A DNA stretch of 64,000 bases from Eledone cirrhosa. Its lineage: Eukaryota. The notes under the pieces are model-generated. The model was not told the DNA's origin and made no database searches. It saw only the letters and a list, made by a program, of their open reading frames with translations. This document shows positions 30,001 to 45,000 of this stretch, piece by piece (positions within the stretch are counted from its first letter, which is position 1; each line of letters starts with the position of its first letter). The DNA is taken from NCBI GenBank assembly GCA_964016885.1, contig OZ024747.1, positions 28,768,001-28,832,000 of the forward strand, written 5' to 3'. The position numbers and the translations under genes are program-made.

Positions 30001-33000
30001 TAACAACATGGTACTACAGTGGTAGACAGAATAGTATTGTAGATGTAAAACTGACAACATGATACTACAGTGGTAGACAGAACAATAATGTAGATGTAAA
30101 ACTAACAACATAGTACTACAGTGGTAGACAGAACACTCTTGTAGATGTAAAACTGACAACATGGTAGTACAGTGGCAGACAGAACAGTATTGTAGATGTA
30201 AAACTGACAACATGGTACTACAGTGGTAGACAGAACAGTATTATAGATGTAAAACTGACAATATGGTACTACAGTGGCAGACAGAACAGTATTGTAGATG
30301 TAAAACTGACAACATAGTACTACAGTGGCAGACAAAACAGTATTTTAGATGTAAAACTGACAACATGGTACTACAGTGGTAGACAGAACAATATTGTAGA
30401 TGTAACACTGACAACATGATACTACAGTGGCAGACAGAACAGTATTGTAGATGTAAAACTGACAACATAGTACTACAGTGGCAGACAAAACAGTATTTTA
30501 GATGTAAAACTGACAACATGGTACTACAGTGGTAGACAGAACAATATTGTAGATGTAAAACTGACAACATGATACTACAGTGGCAGACAGAACAGTATTG
30601 TAGATGTAAAACTGACAACATGATAATACAGTGGTAGACAGAACAGTATTGTAGATGTAAAACTGACAACATGGTACTACAGTGGCAGACAGAACAGTAT
30701 TGTAGATGTAAAACTGACAATATGGTACTATAGTGGCAAAGAGAACAGTATTGTAGATGTAAAACTGACAACATGGTACTACAGTGGCAGACAGAACAGT
30801 ACTGTAGATGTAAAACTGACAACATGGTACTACAGTGGCAGACAGAACAGTACTGTAGATGTAAAACTGACAACATGGTACTACAGTGGTAGACAGAACA
30901 GTATTGTAGATGTAAAACTGACAACATGGTACTACAGTGGTACACAGAACAGTATTGTAGATGTAAAACTGACAACATGGTACTAAAGTGGTAGACAGAC
31001 AACTACTGTAGATGTAAAACTGCCAACATGGTACTACAGTGGCAGACAGAACAGTATTGTAGATGTAAAATTGACAACATGGTACTACAGTGGCAGACAG
31101 AACAGTACTGTAGATGTAAAACTGACAACATGGTACTACAGTGGTAGACAGAACAGTATTGTAGATGTAAATCTGACAACATGATACGACAGTGGTAGAC
31201 AGGTAGACAGACCTGTATTGTAGATGTAAAACAGACAACATGGTACTACAGTGGTAGACAGAACAGTATTGTAGATGTAAAATTGACAACATGGTACTAC
31301 ATTGGCAGACAGAACAGTATTGTAGATGTAAAACTGACAACATGGTACTACAGTGGCAGACAGAACAGTATTTTAGATGTAAAACTGACAACATGGTACT
31401 ACAGTGGCAGACAGAACAATATTGTAGATGTAAAATTGACAACATGGTACTACATTGGCAGACAGAACAGTATTGTAGATGTAAAACTAACAACATAGTA
31501 CTACAGTGGCAGACAAAACAGTATTTTAGATGTAAAACTGACAACATGGTACTACAGTGGCAGACAGAACAATACTGTAGATGTAAAACTGACAACATGA
31601 TACTAGAGTGGTAGACAGAACAGAATTGTAGATGTAAAAATGACAACATGGTACTACAGTGGTAGACAGAACAGTATTGTAGATGTAAATCTGACAACAT
31701 GATACGACAGTGGTAGACAGGTAGACAGACCAGTATTGTAGATGTAAAACAGACAACATGGTACTACAGTGGTAGACAGAACAGTATTGTAGATATAAAA
31801 CTGACAATATGGTACTACAGTGGCAGACAGAGCAGTACTGTAGATGTAAAACTGACAACATGGTACTACACTGGCAGACAGAACAGTATTGTAGATGTAA
31901 AATTGACAACATGGTACTACAGTGGCAGACAGAACAGTATTGTAGATGTAAAACTGACAACATGGTACTACAGTGGCAGACAGAACAGTATTGTAGATGT
32001 AAAACTAACAACATGGTACTACAGTGGTAGACAGAATAGTATTGTAGATGTAAAACTGACAACATGATACTACAGTGGTAGACAGAACAATAATGTAGAT
32101 GTAAAACTAACAACATAGTACTACAGTGGTAGACAGAACACTCTTGTAGATGTAAAACTGACAACATGGTAGTACAGTGGCAGACAGAACAGTATTGAAG
32201 ATGTAAAACAGACAACATGATACTACAGTGGCAAACAGAACAGTATTGTAGATGTAAAACTGACAACATGGTACTACAGTGGTAGACAGAACAGTATTAT
32301 AGATGTAAAACTGACAATATGGTACTACAGTGGCAGACAGAACAGTATTGTAGATGTAAAACTGACAACATAGTACTACAGTGGCAGACAAAACAGTATT
32401 TTAGATGTAAAACTGACAACATGGTACTACAGTGGTAGACAGAACAATATTGTAGATGTAACACTGACAACATGATACTACAGTGGCAGACAGAACAGTA
32501 TTGTAGATGTAAAACTGACAACATGGTACTACAGTGGTAGACAGAACAATATTGTAGATGTAAAACTGACAACATGATACTACAGTGGCAGACAGAACAG
32601 TATTGTAGATGTAAAACTGACAACATGATAATACAGTGGTAGACAGAACAGTATTGTAGATGTAAAACTGACAACATGGTACTACAGTGGCAGACAGAAC
32701 AGTATTGTAGATGTAAAACTGACAATATGGTACTATAGTGGCAAAGAGAACAGTATTGTAGATGTAAAACTGACAACATGGTACTACAGTGGCAGACAGA
32801 ACAGTACTGTAGATGTAAAACTGACAACATGGTACTACAGTGGCAGACAGAACAGTACTGTAGATGTAAAACTGACAACATGGTACTACAGTGGTAGACA
32901 GAACAGTATTGTAGATGTAAAACTGACAACATGGTACTACAGTGGTACACAGAACAGTATTGTAGATGTAAAACTGACAACATGGTACTAAAGTGGTAGA

Positions 33001-36000
33001 CAGACAACTACTGTAGATGTAAAACTGCCAACATGGTACTACAGTGGCAGACAGAACAGTATTGTAGATGTAAAATTGACAACATGGTACTACAGTGGCA
33101 GACAGAACAGTACTGTAGATGTAAAACTGACAACATGGTACTACAGTGGTAGACAGAATAGTATTGTAGATGTAAAATTGACAACATGGTACTACAGTGG
33201 CAGACAGAACAGTATTGTAGATGTAAAACTGACAACATGATACTAAAGTGGTAGACAGAACAGTATTGTAGATGTAAAACTGACAACATGGTACTACAGT
33301 GGCAGACAGAACAGTATTGTAGATGTAAAACTGACAACATGGTACTACAGTGGCAGACAGAACAGTATTGTAGATGTAAAACTAACAACATGGTACTACA
33401 GTGGTAGACAGAATAGTATTGTAGATGTAAAACTGACAACATGATACTACAGTGGTAGACAAAACAATATTGTAGATGTAAAACTAACAACATAGTACTA
33501 CAGTGGTAGACAGAACACTATTGTAGATGTAAAACTGACAACATGGTACTACAGTGGCAGACAGAACAGTATTGAAGATGTAAAACAGACAACATGATAC
33601 TACAGTGGCAAACAGAACAGTATTGTAGATGTAAAACTGACAACATGGTACTACAGTGGTAGACAGAACAGTATTATAGATGTAAAACTGACAATATGGT
33701 ACTACAGTGGCAGACAGAACAGTATTGTAGATGTAAAACTAACAACATAGTACTACAGTGGCAGACAAAACAGTATTTTAGATGTAAAACTGACAACATG
33801 GTACTACAGTGGTAGACAGAACAATATTGTAGATGTAAAACTGACAACATGATACTACAGTGGCAGACAGAACAGTATTGTAGATGTAAAACTGACAACA
33901 TAGTACTACAGTGGCAGACAAAACAGTATTTTAGATGTAAAACTGACAACATGGTACTACAGTGGCAGACAGAACAGTACTGTGGATGTAAAACTGACAA
34001 CATGGTACTACAGTGGTAGACAGAACAGTATTGTAGATGTAAAACTGACAACATGGTACTACAGTGGTACACAGAACAGTATCGTAGATGTAAAACTGAC
34101 AACATGGTACTAAAGTGGTAGACAGACAACTACTGTAGATGTAAAACTGCCAACATGGTACTACAGTGGCAGACAGAACAGTATTGTAGATGTAAAATTG
34201 ACAACATGGTACTACAGTGGCAGACAGAACAGTACTGTAGATGTAAAACTGACAACATGGTACTACAGTGGTAGACAGAATAGTATTGTAGATGTAAAAT
34301 TGACAACATGGTACTACAGTGGCAGACAGAACAGTATTGTAGATGTAAATCTGACAACATGATACTAAAGTGGTAGACAGAACAGTATTGTATATGTAAA
34401 ATTGACAACATGGTACTACATTGGCAGACAGAACAGTATTGTAGATGTAAAACTGACAACATGGTACTACAGTGGCAGACAGAACAGTATTGTAGATGTA
34501 AAACTAACAACATGGTACTACAGTGGTAGACAGAATAGTATTGTAGATGTAAAACTGACAACATGATACTACAGTGGTAGACAGAACAATATTGTAGATG
34601 TAAAACCAACAAGATAGTACTACAGTGGTAGACAGAACACTCTTGTAGATGTAAAACTGACAACATGGTACTACAGTGGCAGACAGAACAGTATTGAAGA
34701 TGTAAAACAGACAACATGATACTACAGTGGCAAACAGAACAGTATTGTAGATATAAAACTGACAACATGGTACTACAGTGGTAGACAGAACAGTATTATA
34801 GATGTAAAACTGACAATATGGTACTACAGTGGCAGACAGAACAGTATTGTAGATGTAAAACTGACAACATAGTACTACAGTGGCAGACAAAACAGTATTT
34901 TAGATGTAAAACTGACAACATGGTACTACAGTGGTAGACAGAACAATATTGTAGATGTAAAACTGACAACATGATACTACAGTGGCAGACAGAACAGTAT
35001 TGTAGATGTAAAACTGACAACATAGTACTACAGTGGCAGACAAAACAGTATTTTAGATGTAAAACTGACAACATGGTACTACAATGGTAGACAGAACAAT
35101 ATTGTAGATGTAAAACTGACAATATGGTACTATAGTGGCAAAGAGAACAGTATTGTAGATGTAAAACTGACAACATGGTACTACAGTGGCAGACAGAACA
35201 GTACTGTAGATGTAAAACTGACAACATGATAATACAGTGGTAGACAGAACAGTATTGTAGATGTAAAACTGACAACATGGTAATACAGTGGCAGACAGAA
35301 CAGTATTGTAGATGTAAAACTGACAATATGGTACTATAGTGGCAAAGAGAACAGTATTGTAGATGTAAAACTGACAACATGGTACTACAGTGGCAGACAG
35401 AACAGTACTGTAGATGTAAAACTGACAACATGGTACTACAGTGGCAGACAGAACAGTACTGTAGATGTAAAACTGACAACATGGTACTACAGTGGTAGAC
35501 AGAACAGTATTGTAGATGTAAAACTGACAACATGGTACTACAGTGGTACACAGAACAGTATTGTAGATGTAAAACTGACAACATGGTACTAAAGTGGTAG
35601 ACAGACAACTACTGTAGATGTAAAACTGCCAACATGGTACTACAGTGGCAGACAGAACAGTATTGTAGATGTAAAATTGACAACATGGTACTACAGTGGC
35701 AGACAGAACAGTACTGTAGATGTAAAACTGACAACATAGTACTACAGTGGTAGACAGAATAGTATTGTAGATGTAAAATTGACAACATGGTACTGCAGTG
35801 GCAGACAGAACAGTATTGTAGATGTAAAACTGACAACATGATACTAAAGTGGTAGACAGAACAGTATTGTAGATGTAAAATTGACAACATGGTACTACAT
35901 TGGCAGACAGAACAGTATTGTAGATGTAAAACTGACAACATGGTACTACAGTTGCAGACAGAACAGTATTGTAGATGTAAAACTGACAACATGGTACTAC

Positions 36001-39000
36001 AGTGGCAGACAGAACAGTATTGTAGATGTAAAACTGACAACATGGTACTACAGTGGCAGACAGAACAGTATTGTAGATGTAAAACTAACAACATGGTACT
36101 ACAGTGGTAGACAGAATAGTATTGTAGATGTAAAACTGACAACATGATACTACAGTGGTAGACAAAACAATATTGTAGATGTAAAACTAACAACATAGTA
36201 CTACAGTGGTAGACAGAACACTCTTGTAGATGTAAAACTGACAACATGGTACTACAGTGGCAGACAGAACAGTATTGAAGATGTAAAACAGACAACATGA
36301 TACTACAGTGGCAAACAGAACAGTATTGTAGATGTAAAACTGACAACATGGTACTACAGTGGTAGACAGAACAGTATTATAGATGTAAAACTGACAATAT
36401 GGTACTACAGTGGCAGACAGAACAGTATTGTAGATGTAAAACTAACAACATAGTACTACAGTGGCAGACAAAACAGTATTTTAGATGTAAAACTGACAAC
36501 ATGGTACTACAGTGGTAGACAGAACAATATTGTAGATGTAAAACTGACAACATGATACTACAGTGGCAGACAGAACAGTATTGTAGATGTAAAACTGACA
36601 ACATAGTACTACAGTGGCAGACAAAACAGTATTTTAGATGTAAAACTGACAACATGGTACTACAGTGGCAGACAGAACAGTACTGTGGATGTAAAACTGA
36701 CAACATGGTACTACAGTGGTAGACAGAACAGTATTGTAGATGTAAAACTGACAACATGGTACTACAGTGGTACACAGAACAGTATCGTAGATGTAAAACT
36801 GACAACATGGTACTAAAGTGGTAGACAGACAACTACTGTAGATGTAAAACTGCCAACATGGTACTACAGTGGCAGACAGAACAGTATTGTAGATGTAAAA
36901 TTGACAACATGGTACTACAGTGGCAGACAGAACAGTACTGTAGATGTAAAACTGACAACATGGTACTACAGTGGTAGACAGAATAGTATTGTAGATGTAA
37001 AATTGACAACATGGTACTACAGTGGCAGACAGAACAGTATTGTAGATGTAAATCTGACAACATGATACTAAAGTGGTAGACAGAACAGTATTGTAGATGT
37101 AAAATTGACAACATGGTACTACATTGGCAGACAGAACAGTATTGTAGATGTAAAACTGACAACATGGTACTACAGTGGCAGACAGAACAGTATTGTAGAT
37201 GTAAAACTAACAACATGGTACTACAGTGGTAGACAGAATAGTATTGTAGATGTAAAACTGACAACATGATACTACAGTGGTAGACAGAACAATATTGTAG
37301 ATGTAAAACCAACAAGATAGTACTACAGTGGTAGACAGAACACTCTTGTAGATGTAAAACTGACAACATGGTACTACAGTGGCAGACAGAACAGTATTGA
37401 AGATGTAAAACAGACAACATGATACTACAGTGGCAAACAGAGCAGTATTGTAGATGTAAAACTGACAACATGGTACTACAGTGGTAGACAGAACAGTATT
37501 ATAGATGTAAAACTGACAATATGGTACTACAGTGGCAGACAGAACAGTATTGTAGATGTAAAACTGACAACATAGTACTACAGTGGCAGACAAAACAGTA
37601 TTTTAGATGTAAAACTGACAACATGGTACTACAGTGGTAGACAGAACAATATTGTAGATGTAAAACTGACAACATGATACTACAGTGGCAGACAGAACAG
37701 TATTGTAGATGTAAAACTGACAACATAGTACTACAGTGGCAGACAAAACAGTATTTTAGATGTAAAACTGACAACATGGTACTACAATGGTAGACAGAAC
37801 AATATTGTAGATGTAAAACTGACAACATGATACTACAGTGGCAGACAGAACAGTATTGTAGATGTAAAACTGACAACATGATAATACAGTGGTAGACAGA
37901 ACAGTATTGTAGATGTAAAACTGACAACATGGTAATACAGTGGCAGACAGAACAGTATTGTAGATGTAAAACTGACAATATGGTACTATAGTGGCAAAGA
38001 GAACAGTATTGTAGATGTAAAACTGACAACATGGTACTACAGTGGCAGACAGAACAGTACTGTAGATGTAAAACTGACAACATGGTACTACAGTGGCAGA
38101 CAGAACAGTACTGTAGATGTAAAACTGACAACATGGTACTACAGTGGTAGACAGAACAGTATTGTAGATGTAAAACTGACAACATGGTACTACAGTGGTA
38201 CACAGAACAGTATTGTAGATGTAAAACTGACAACATGGTACTAAAGTGGTAGACAGACAACTACTGTAGATGTAAAACTGCCAACATGGTACTACAGTGG
38301 CAGACAGAACAGTATTGTAGATGTAAAATTGACAACATGGTACTACAGTGGCAGACAGAACAGTACTGTCGATGTAAAACTGACAACATAGTACTACAGT
38401 GGTAGACAGAATAGTATTGTAGATGTAAAATTGACAACATGGTACTGCAGTGGCAGACAGAACAGTATTGTAGATGTAAAACTGACAACATGATACTAAA
38501 GTGGTAGACAGAACAGTATTGTAGATGTAAAATTGACAACATGGTACTACATTGGCAGACAGAACAGTATTGTAGATGTAAAACTGACAACATGGTACTA
38601 CAGTTGCAGACAGAACAGTATTGTAGATGTAAAACTGACAACATGGTACTACAGTGGCAGACAGAACAGTATTGTAGATGTAAAACTGACAACATGGTAC
38701 TACAGTGGCAGACAGAACAGTATTGTAGATGTAAAACTGATAACATGGTACTACAGTGGCAGACAGAACAGTATTGTAGATGTAAAACTGACAACATGGT
38801 ACTACAGTGGCAGACAGAACAGTATTGTAGATGTAAAACTGACAACATGGTACTACAGTGGCAGACAGAACAGTATTGTAGATGTAAAACTGACAACATG
38901 GTACTACAGTGGCAGACAGAACAGTATTGTAGATGTAAAACTGATAACATGGTACTACAGTGACAGACAGAACAGTATTGTAGATGTAAAATTCGACAAC

Positions 39001-42000
39001 ATGGTACTACAGTGGCAGAGAGAACAGTATTGAAGATGTAAAACTGACAACATGATACTACAGTGGTAGACAGAACAGTATTATAGATGTAAAACTGACA
39101 ACATGGTACTACAGTGGCAGACAGAACAGTATTATAAATGTGAAACTGACAACATGGTACTACAGTGGCAGACAGAACAGTATTGTAGATGTAAAACTGA
39201 CAACATGGTACTACAGTGGCAGACAGAACAGTATTGTAGATGTAAAACTGACAACATGATACTACAGTGGCAGAGAGAACAGTATTGTAGATGTAAAACT
39301 GACAACATGGTACTACAGTGGCAGACAGAACAGTATTGTAGATGTAAAACTGACAACATGGTACTACAGTGGCAGACAGAATAGTATTGTAGATGTAAAA
39401 CTGACAACATGGTACTACAGTGGCAGACAGAACAGTATTGTAGATGTAAAATTCGACAACATGGTACTACAGTGGCAGACAGAACAGTATTGAAGATGTA
39501 AAACTGACAACATGATACTACAGTGGTAGACAGAACAGTATTATAGATGTAAAACTGACAACATGGTACTACAGTGGCAGACAGAACAGTATCATAAATG
39601 TGAAACTGACAACATGGTACTACAGTGGCAGACAGAACAGTATAGTAGATGTAAAACTGACAACATGGTACTACAGTGGCAGACAGAACAGTATTGTAGA
39701 TGTAAAACTGACAACATGATACTACAGTGGCAGACAGAACAGTATTGTAGATGTAAAACTGACAACATGATACTACAGTGGTAGACAGAACAGAATTGTA
39801 GATGTAAAAGTGACAACATGGTACTACAGTGGCAGACAGCACAGTATTGTAGATGTAAAACTGACAATATGGTACTAGAGTGGCAAAGAGAACAGTATTG
39901 TAGATGTAAAACTGACAACATGGTACTACAGTGGTAGACAGAATAATATTGTAGATGTAAAACTGACAACATGATACTAGAGTGGTAGACAGAACAGAAT
40001 TGTAGATGTAAAAATGACAACATGCTACTACAGTGGTACACAGAACAGTATTGTAGATGTAAATCTAACATGATACGACAGTGGTAGACAGGTAGACAGA
40101 CCAGTATTGTAGATGTAAAATTGACAACATGGTACTACAGTGGCAGACAGAACAGTATTGTAGATGTAAAACTGACAACATGGTACTACAGTGGCAGACA
40201 GAACAGTATTGTAGATGTAAAACTGACAACATGATACTACAGTGGCAGACAGAACAGTATTGTAGATGTAAAACTGACAACATGATACTACAGTGGTAGA
40301 CGGAACAGAATTGTAGATGTAAAAGTGACAACATGGTACTACAGTGGCAGACAGCACAGTATTGTAGATGTAAAACTGACAATATGGTACTAGAGTGGCA
40401 AAGAGAACAGTATTGTAGATGTAAAACTGACAACATGGTACTACAGTGGTAGACAGAACAGTACCGTAGATGTAAAACTGACAACATGGTACTAAAGTGG
40501 TAGACAGACAACTACTGTAGATGTAAAACTGACAACATGGTACTACAGTGGCAGACAGAATAATATTGTAGATGTAAAACTGACAACATGATACTAGAGT
40601 GGTAGACAGAACAGAATTGTAGATGTAAAAATGACAACATGGTACTACAGTGGTACACAGAACAGTATTGTAGATGTAAATCTAACATGATACGACAGTG
40701 GTAGACAGGTAGACAGACCAGTATTGTAGATGTAAAACAGACAACATGGCACTACAGTGGTAGACAGAACAGTATTGTAGATATAAAACTGACAATATGG
40801 TACTACAGTGGCAGACAGAGCAGTACTGTAGATGTGAAACTGACAACATGATACTACACTGGCAGACAGAACAGTATTGTAGATGTAAAATTGACAACAT
40901 GGTACTACAGTGGCAGACAGAACAGTATTGTAGATGTAAAACTGACAACATGGTACTACAGTGGCAGACAGAACAGTATTGTAGATGTAAAACTAACAAC
41001 ATGGTACTACAGTGGTAGACAGAATAGTATTGTAGATGTAAAACTGACAACATGATACTACAGTGGTAGACAGAACAATATTGTAGATGTAAAACAAACA
41101 ACATAGTACTACAGTGGTAGACAGAACACTCTTGTAGATGTAAAACTGACAACATGGTACTACAGTGGCAGACAGAACAGTATTGAAGATGTAAAACAGA
41201 CAACATGATACTACAGTGGCAAACAGAACAGTATTGTAGATGTAAAACTGACAACATGGTACTACAGTGGTAGACAGAACAGTATTATAGATGTAAAACT
41301 GACAATATGGTACTACAGTGGCAGACAGAACAGTATTGTAGATGTAAAACTGACAACATAGTACTACAGTGGCAGACAAAACAGTATTTTAGATGTAAAA
41401 CTGACAACATGGTACTACAGTGGTAGACAGAACAATATTGTAGATGTAAAACTGACAACATGATACTACAGTGGCAGACAGAACAGTATTGTAGATGTAA
41501 AATTGACAACATGGTACTACATTGGCAGACATAACAGTATTGTAGATGTAAAACTGACAACATGGTACTACAGTGGTAGACAGAATAGTATTGTAGATGT
41601 AAAACTGACAACATGATACTACAGTGGTACACAGAACAGTATTGTAGATGTAAAACTGACAACATGGTACTGAAGTGGTAGACAGACAACTACTGTAGAT
41701 GTAAAACTGCCAACATGGTACTACAGTGGCAGACAGAACAGTATTGTAGATGTAAAATTGACAACATGGTACTACAGTGGCAGACAGAACAGTACTGTAG
41801 ATGTAAAACTGACAACATAGTACTACAGTGGTAGACAGAATAGTATTGTAGATGTAAAATTGACAACATGGTACTGCAGTGGCAGACAGAACAGTATTGT
41901 AGATGTAAAACTGACAACATGATACTAAAGTGGTAGACAGAACAGTATTGTAGATGTAAAATTGACAACATGGTACTACATTGGCAGACAGAACAGTATT

Positions 42001-45000
42001 GTAGATGTAAAACTGACAACATGGTACTACAGTGGCAGACAGAACAGTATTGTAGATGTAAAACTGACAACATGGTACTACAGTGGCAGACAGAATAGTA
42101 TTGTAGATGTAAAACTGACAACATGATACTACAGTGGTAGACAGAACAATATTGTAGATGTAAAACTAACAACATAGTACTTCAGTGGTAGACAGAACAC
42201 TCTTGTATTTGTAAAACTGACAACATGGTACTACAGTGGCAGACAAAACAGTAATTTAGATGTAAAACTGACAACATGATACTACAGTGGTAGACAGAAC
42301 AGTATTTTAGATGTAAAACTGACAACATGGTACTACAGTGGCAGAGAGTACAATATTGAAGATGTAAAACTGACAACATGGTACTACAGTGGCAGACAGA
42401 ACAGTATTGTAGATGTAAAACTGACAACATGGTACTACAGTGGCAGGCAGAACAGTATTGTAGATGTAAAACTGAAAACCTGATACTACAGTGGTAGACA
42501 GAACAGTATTGTAGATGTAAAATTGACAACATGGTACTACAGTGGCAGACAGAATAGTATTGTAGATGTAAAATTGACAACATGGTACTACAGTGGCAGA
42601 CAGAATAGTATTATAGATGTAAAATTGACAACATGGTACTACAGTGGCAGACAGAACAGTATTGTAGATGTAAAACTGACAACATGATACTACAGTGGCA
42701 CACAGAACAGTATTGTAGATGTAAAACTGACAACATGGTACTACAGTTGCAGACAGAACAGTATTGTAGATGTAAAACTGACAACATGGTACTACAGTGG
42801 CAGACAGAACAGTATTGTAGATGTAAAACTGACAACATGGTACTACAGTGGCAGGCAGAACAGTATTGTAGATGTAAAACTGACAACATGGTACTACAGT
42901 GGCAGACAGAACAGTATTGTAGATGTAAAACTGACAACATGGTACTACAGTGACAGACAGAACAGTATTGTAGATGTAAAATTCGACAACATGGTACTAC
43001 AGTGGCAGAGAGAACAGTATTGAAGATGTAAAACTGACAACATGATACTACAGTGGTAGACAGAACAGTATTATAGATGTGAAACTGACAACATGGTACT
43101 ACAGTGGCAGACAGAACAGTATTGTAGATGTAAAACTGACAACATGGTACTACAGTGGCAGACAGAACAGTATTGTAGATGTAAAACTGACAACATGATA
43201 CTACAGTGGCAGATAGAACAGTATTGTAGATGTAAAACTGACAACATGGTACTACAGTGGCAGACAGAACAGTATTGTAGATGTAAAACTGACAACATGG
43301 TACTACAGTGGCAGACAGAACAGTATTGTAGATGTAAAACTGACAACATGGTACTACAGTGGCAGACAGAACAGTATTGTAGATGTAAAATTCGACAACA
43401 TGGTACTACAGTGGCAGACAGAACAGTATTGAAGATGTAAAACTGACAACATGATACTACAGTGGTAGACAGAACAGTATTATAGATGTAAAACTGACAA
43501 CATGGTACTACAGTAGCAGACAGAACAGTATCATAAATGTGAAACTGACAACATGGTACTACAGTGGCAGATAGAACAGTATAGTAGATGTAAAACTGAC
43601 AACATGGTACTACAGTGGCAGACAGAACAGTATTGTAGATGTAAAACTGACAACATGATACTACAGTGGCAGACAGAACAGTATTGTAGATGTAAAACTG
43701 ACAACATGATACTACAGTGGTAGACAGAACAGAATTGTAGATGTAAAAGTGACAACATGGTACTACAGTGGCAGACAGCACAGTATTGTAGATGTAAAAC
43801 TCACAATATGGTACTAGAGTGGCAAACAGAACAGTATTGTAGATGTAAAACTGACAACATGGTACTACAGTGGTAGACAGAACAGTACCGTAGATGTAAA
43901 ACTGACAACATGGTACTAAAGTGGTAGACAGACAACTACTGTAGATGTAAAACTGACAACATGGTACTACAGTGGCAGACAGAATAATATTGTAGATGTA
44001 AAACTGACAACATGATACTAGAGTGGTAGACAGAACAGAATTGTAGATGTAAAAATGACAACATGGTACTACAGTGGTAGACAGAACAGTATTGTAGATG
44101 TAAATCTAACATGATACGACAGTGGTAGACAGGTCGACAGACCAGTATTGTAGATGTAAAACAGACAACATGGTACTACAGTGGTAGACAGAACAGTATT
44201 GTAGATATAAAACTGACAATATGGTACTACAGTGGCAGACAGAGCAGTACTGTAGATGTGAAACTGACAACATGGTACTACACTGGCAGACAGAACAGTA
44301 TTGTAGATGTAAAATTGACAACATGGTACTACAGTGGCAGACAGAACAGTATTGTAGATGTAAAACTGACAACATGGTACTACAGTGGCAGACAGAACAG
44401 TATTGTAGATGTAAAACTAACAACATGGTACTACAGTGGCAGACAGAACAGTATTGTAGATGTAAAACTGACAACATGATACTACAGTGGTAGACAGAAC
44501 AGTATTGTAGATGTAAAATTGATAACATGGTACTACATTGGCAGACAGAACAGTATTGTAGATGTAAAACTGACAACATGGTACTACAGTGGCAGACAGA
44601 ACAGTATTGTAGATGTGAAACTAACAACATGGTACGACAGTGGTAGACAGAATAGTATTGTAGATGTAAAACTGACAACATGATACTACAGTGGTATACA
44701 GAACAATATTGTAGATGTAAAACTGACAACATGGTACTACAGTGGCAGACAAAATAGTATTGTAGATGTAAAACTGACAACATGGTACTACAGTGGCAGA
44801 CAGAACAGTATTGTTGATGTAAAACTGACAACATGGTACTACATTGGCAGACAGAACAGTATTGTAGATGTAAAACTGACAACATGATACTACAGTAGCA
44901 AACAGAACAGTATTGTAGATGTAAAACAGACAACATAGTACTACAGTGGTAGACAGAACAGTATTATAGATGTAAAACTGACAACATGGTACTACAGTGG

